Positions 63,183 to 64,000 of a stretch of 64,000 nucleotides of DNA are shown here, in pieces (the stretch's first letter is position 1; each line of letters begins with the position of its first letter). The stretch is from Candidatus Angelobacter sp. (GTDB taxonomy: Bacteria > Chloroflexota > Limnocylindria > QHBO01), in NCBI GenBank assembly GCA_035463095.1, contig DATHTR010000046.1:165-64164 (forward strand), written 5' to 3'. A model generated the notes under the pieces. The model was not told the DNA's origin. It did not search any database and was given only the letters and a program-made list of their open reading frames with translations. Made by a program: the position numbers and the translations under genes.

Positions 63183-64000
63183 TCAAGATTCTGTCTCGCC
63201 GCGGCCGACGCGAATCCACGTCTTTCCGGACGCCGCGCCGCAGCGTTCGAACGCTTCCTGTGCGTCGGCGAGCGGGTACTCGTCGGTGACGATGCGGCCA
63301 GGGCTGAGGGAACCGTCCGTGACCAGGTCGACCGTCTCGGCGAAGTCCGTGGGGTGGTCGTACGTCAGCGAGGCCAGCAGCCGCGCCTGCCGCCGGACGA
63401 GGGCCTGGGCAGAGATCGCGAGTGGGCGGCTATCGAGCCCGAGCAGCAGGATCGTGCCGCCGACCTCGAGGCGCTCGAGCGCCATTGCCGCCGCCGCCGG
63501 GGCGCCGACCGTGTCGACCACCAACTGATACCGTCCCTCATCCGGGACGGGCGCAGCGCCGAGCGTCTCGGCAAACGCGATCCGATCCGGGTTCGTGTCG
63601 AACACGGTCACTGCCGATCCGCGGTCCAGCAGGACCTGGGTCATGAGCTGGCCCTGCGCACCGGCGCCGAGCACGAGGGCCGACTGCGGCGTCCACCCGA
63701 GGCGGCGGAGCGCGGCTCGGACCACGGTGGCCGGCTCGACGCAGACGAGATCGCGCGGCGCCCCGCGGATCGTCCAGGCGAAGCGGGCCGGGAGCACCAT
63801 GAGCTCGGCCAGCGCCCCTTGACGGTTCATCCCGACCGACTGGCGTGCGGTACAGGCGGACGTCCACCCGCGCCTGCAGGCCTGGCACGCCAGGCACGCG
63901 ACGTTCGGCTCCACGACGACCGTCTCGCCGATCCGGTCGGGTGACACCCCGTCGCCGACCGCGTCGACGACGCCGAACGCCTCGTGGCCCATCACCCACG
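63183..64000 (-). CDS. zinc-dependent medium-chain alcohol/polyol dehydrogenase, 5' end outside the window (partial)
   Basis: GHEAFGVVDAVGDGV (zinc GHE motif), CLACQACRRG (structural zinc Cys cluster), LVLGAGAQG Rossmann. The GHE motif normally lies about 60 aa from the N-terminus, so the gene continues past 64000. Confidence 0.8.
   Translation of the reverse strand, partial: WVMGHEAFGVVDAVGDGVSPDRIGETVVVEPNVACLACQACRRGWTSACTARQSVGMNRQGALAELMVLPARFAWTIRGAPRDLVCVEPATVVRAALRRLGWTPQSALVLGAGAQGQLMTQVLLDRGSAVTVFDTNPDRIAFAETLGAAPVPDEGRYQLVVDTVGAPAAAAMALERLEVGGTILLLGLDSRPLAISAQALVRRQARLLASLTYDHPTDFAETVDLVTDGSLSPGRIVTDEYPLADAQEAFERCGAASGKTWIRVGRGETES

Noticed and set aside
1-64000. tRNA, rRNA, riboswitch, transposase/integrase, prophage or large inverted/direct repeats marking a mobile island
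   Set aside because: Reading the intergenic regions by eye, I found no tRNA-like T-arm/acceptor patterns, no rRNA-like segments and no recombinase motifs among the ORFs. I also saw no GC-content break. This is a visual negative only. tRNAscan-SE, Infernal/Rfam and ISfinder searches would be decisive.

Overview
Very GC-rich chromosomal segment (about 70 percent by eye, not computed) with actinobacterial-style content: LLM/F420-type oxidoreductases, DinB proteins, class III nucleotide cyclases, frequent GTG starts, and ATGA/GTGA/TGATG start-stop overlaps. I can support about 60 protein-coding genes plus a few short repeat or regulatory elements. By eye I see no rRNA, tRNA, CRISPR array, transposase or integrase. 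Every real gene is shadowed by long off-frame or antisense ORFs in the supplied track. I chose frames by recognisable motifs, hydrophobicity, third-position GC bias read by eye, Shine-Dalgarno (SD) sequences and start/stop coupling. All family names are recalled from motifs, not from searches. Housekeeping anchors are typA/bipA, pyruvate kinase and L-asparaginase. The rest is accessory-looking: a tandem dynamin-like GTPase pair, a DrrAB-like ABC exporter, three TetR/MarR-controlled efflux or membrane operons, an RND pump, three second-messenger synthases and several flavin/LLM enzymes. None of the candidates below is proven. The best candidates for something undescribed are: (1) an overlapping short HipA-like kinase + DUF3037-like pair (14097-15261); (2) a dual-IclR, TRAP-transporter catabolic island with a TPP enzyme, a citryl-CoA-lyase-like protein, a cupin, a SucD/SauS-type acylating aldehyde dehydrogenase and a solitary NuoB-like Fe-S protein (51961-64000); (3) a 1142-aa STAND ATPase with an unassigned C-terminal module, flanked by small repeat and HicB-like proteins (43259-48165); (4) a translationally coupled SPFH protein + AGDEF-type diguanylate cyclase (49087-51460); (5) a bacterial cyclic-2,3-diphosphoglycerate-synthetase-like gene coupled to a membrane methyltransferase and preceded by an SLC13 permease with an extra N-terminal domain (20663-24292).
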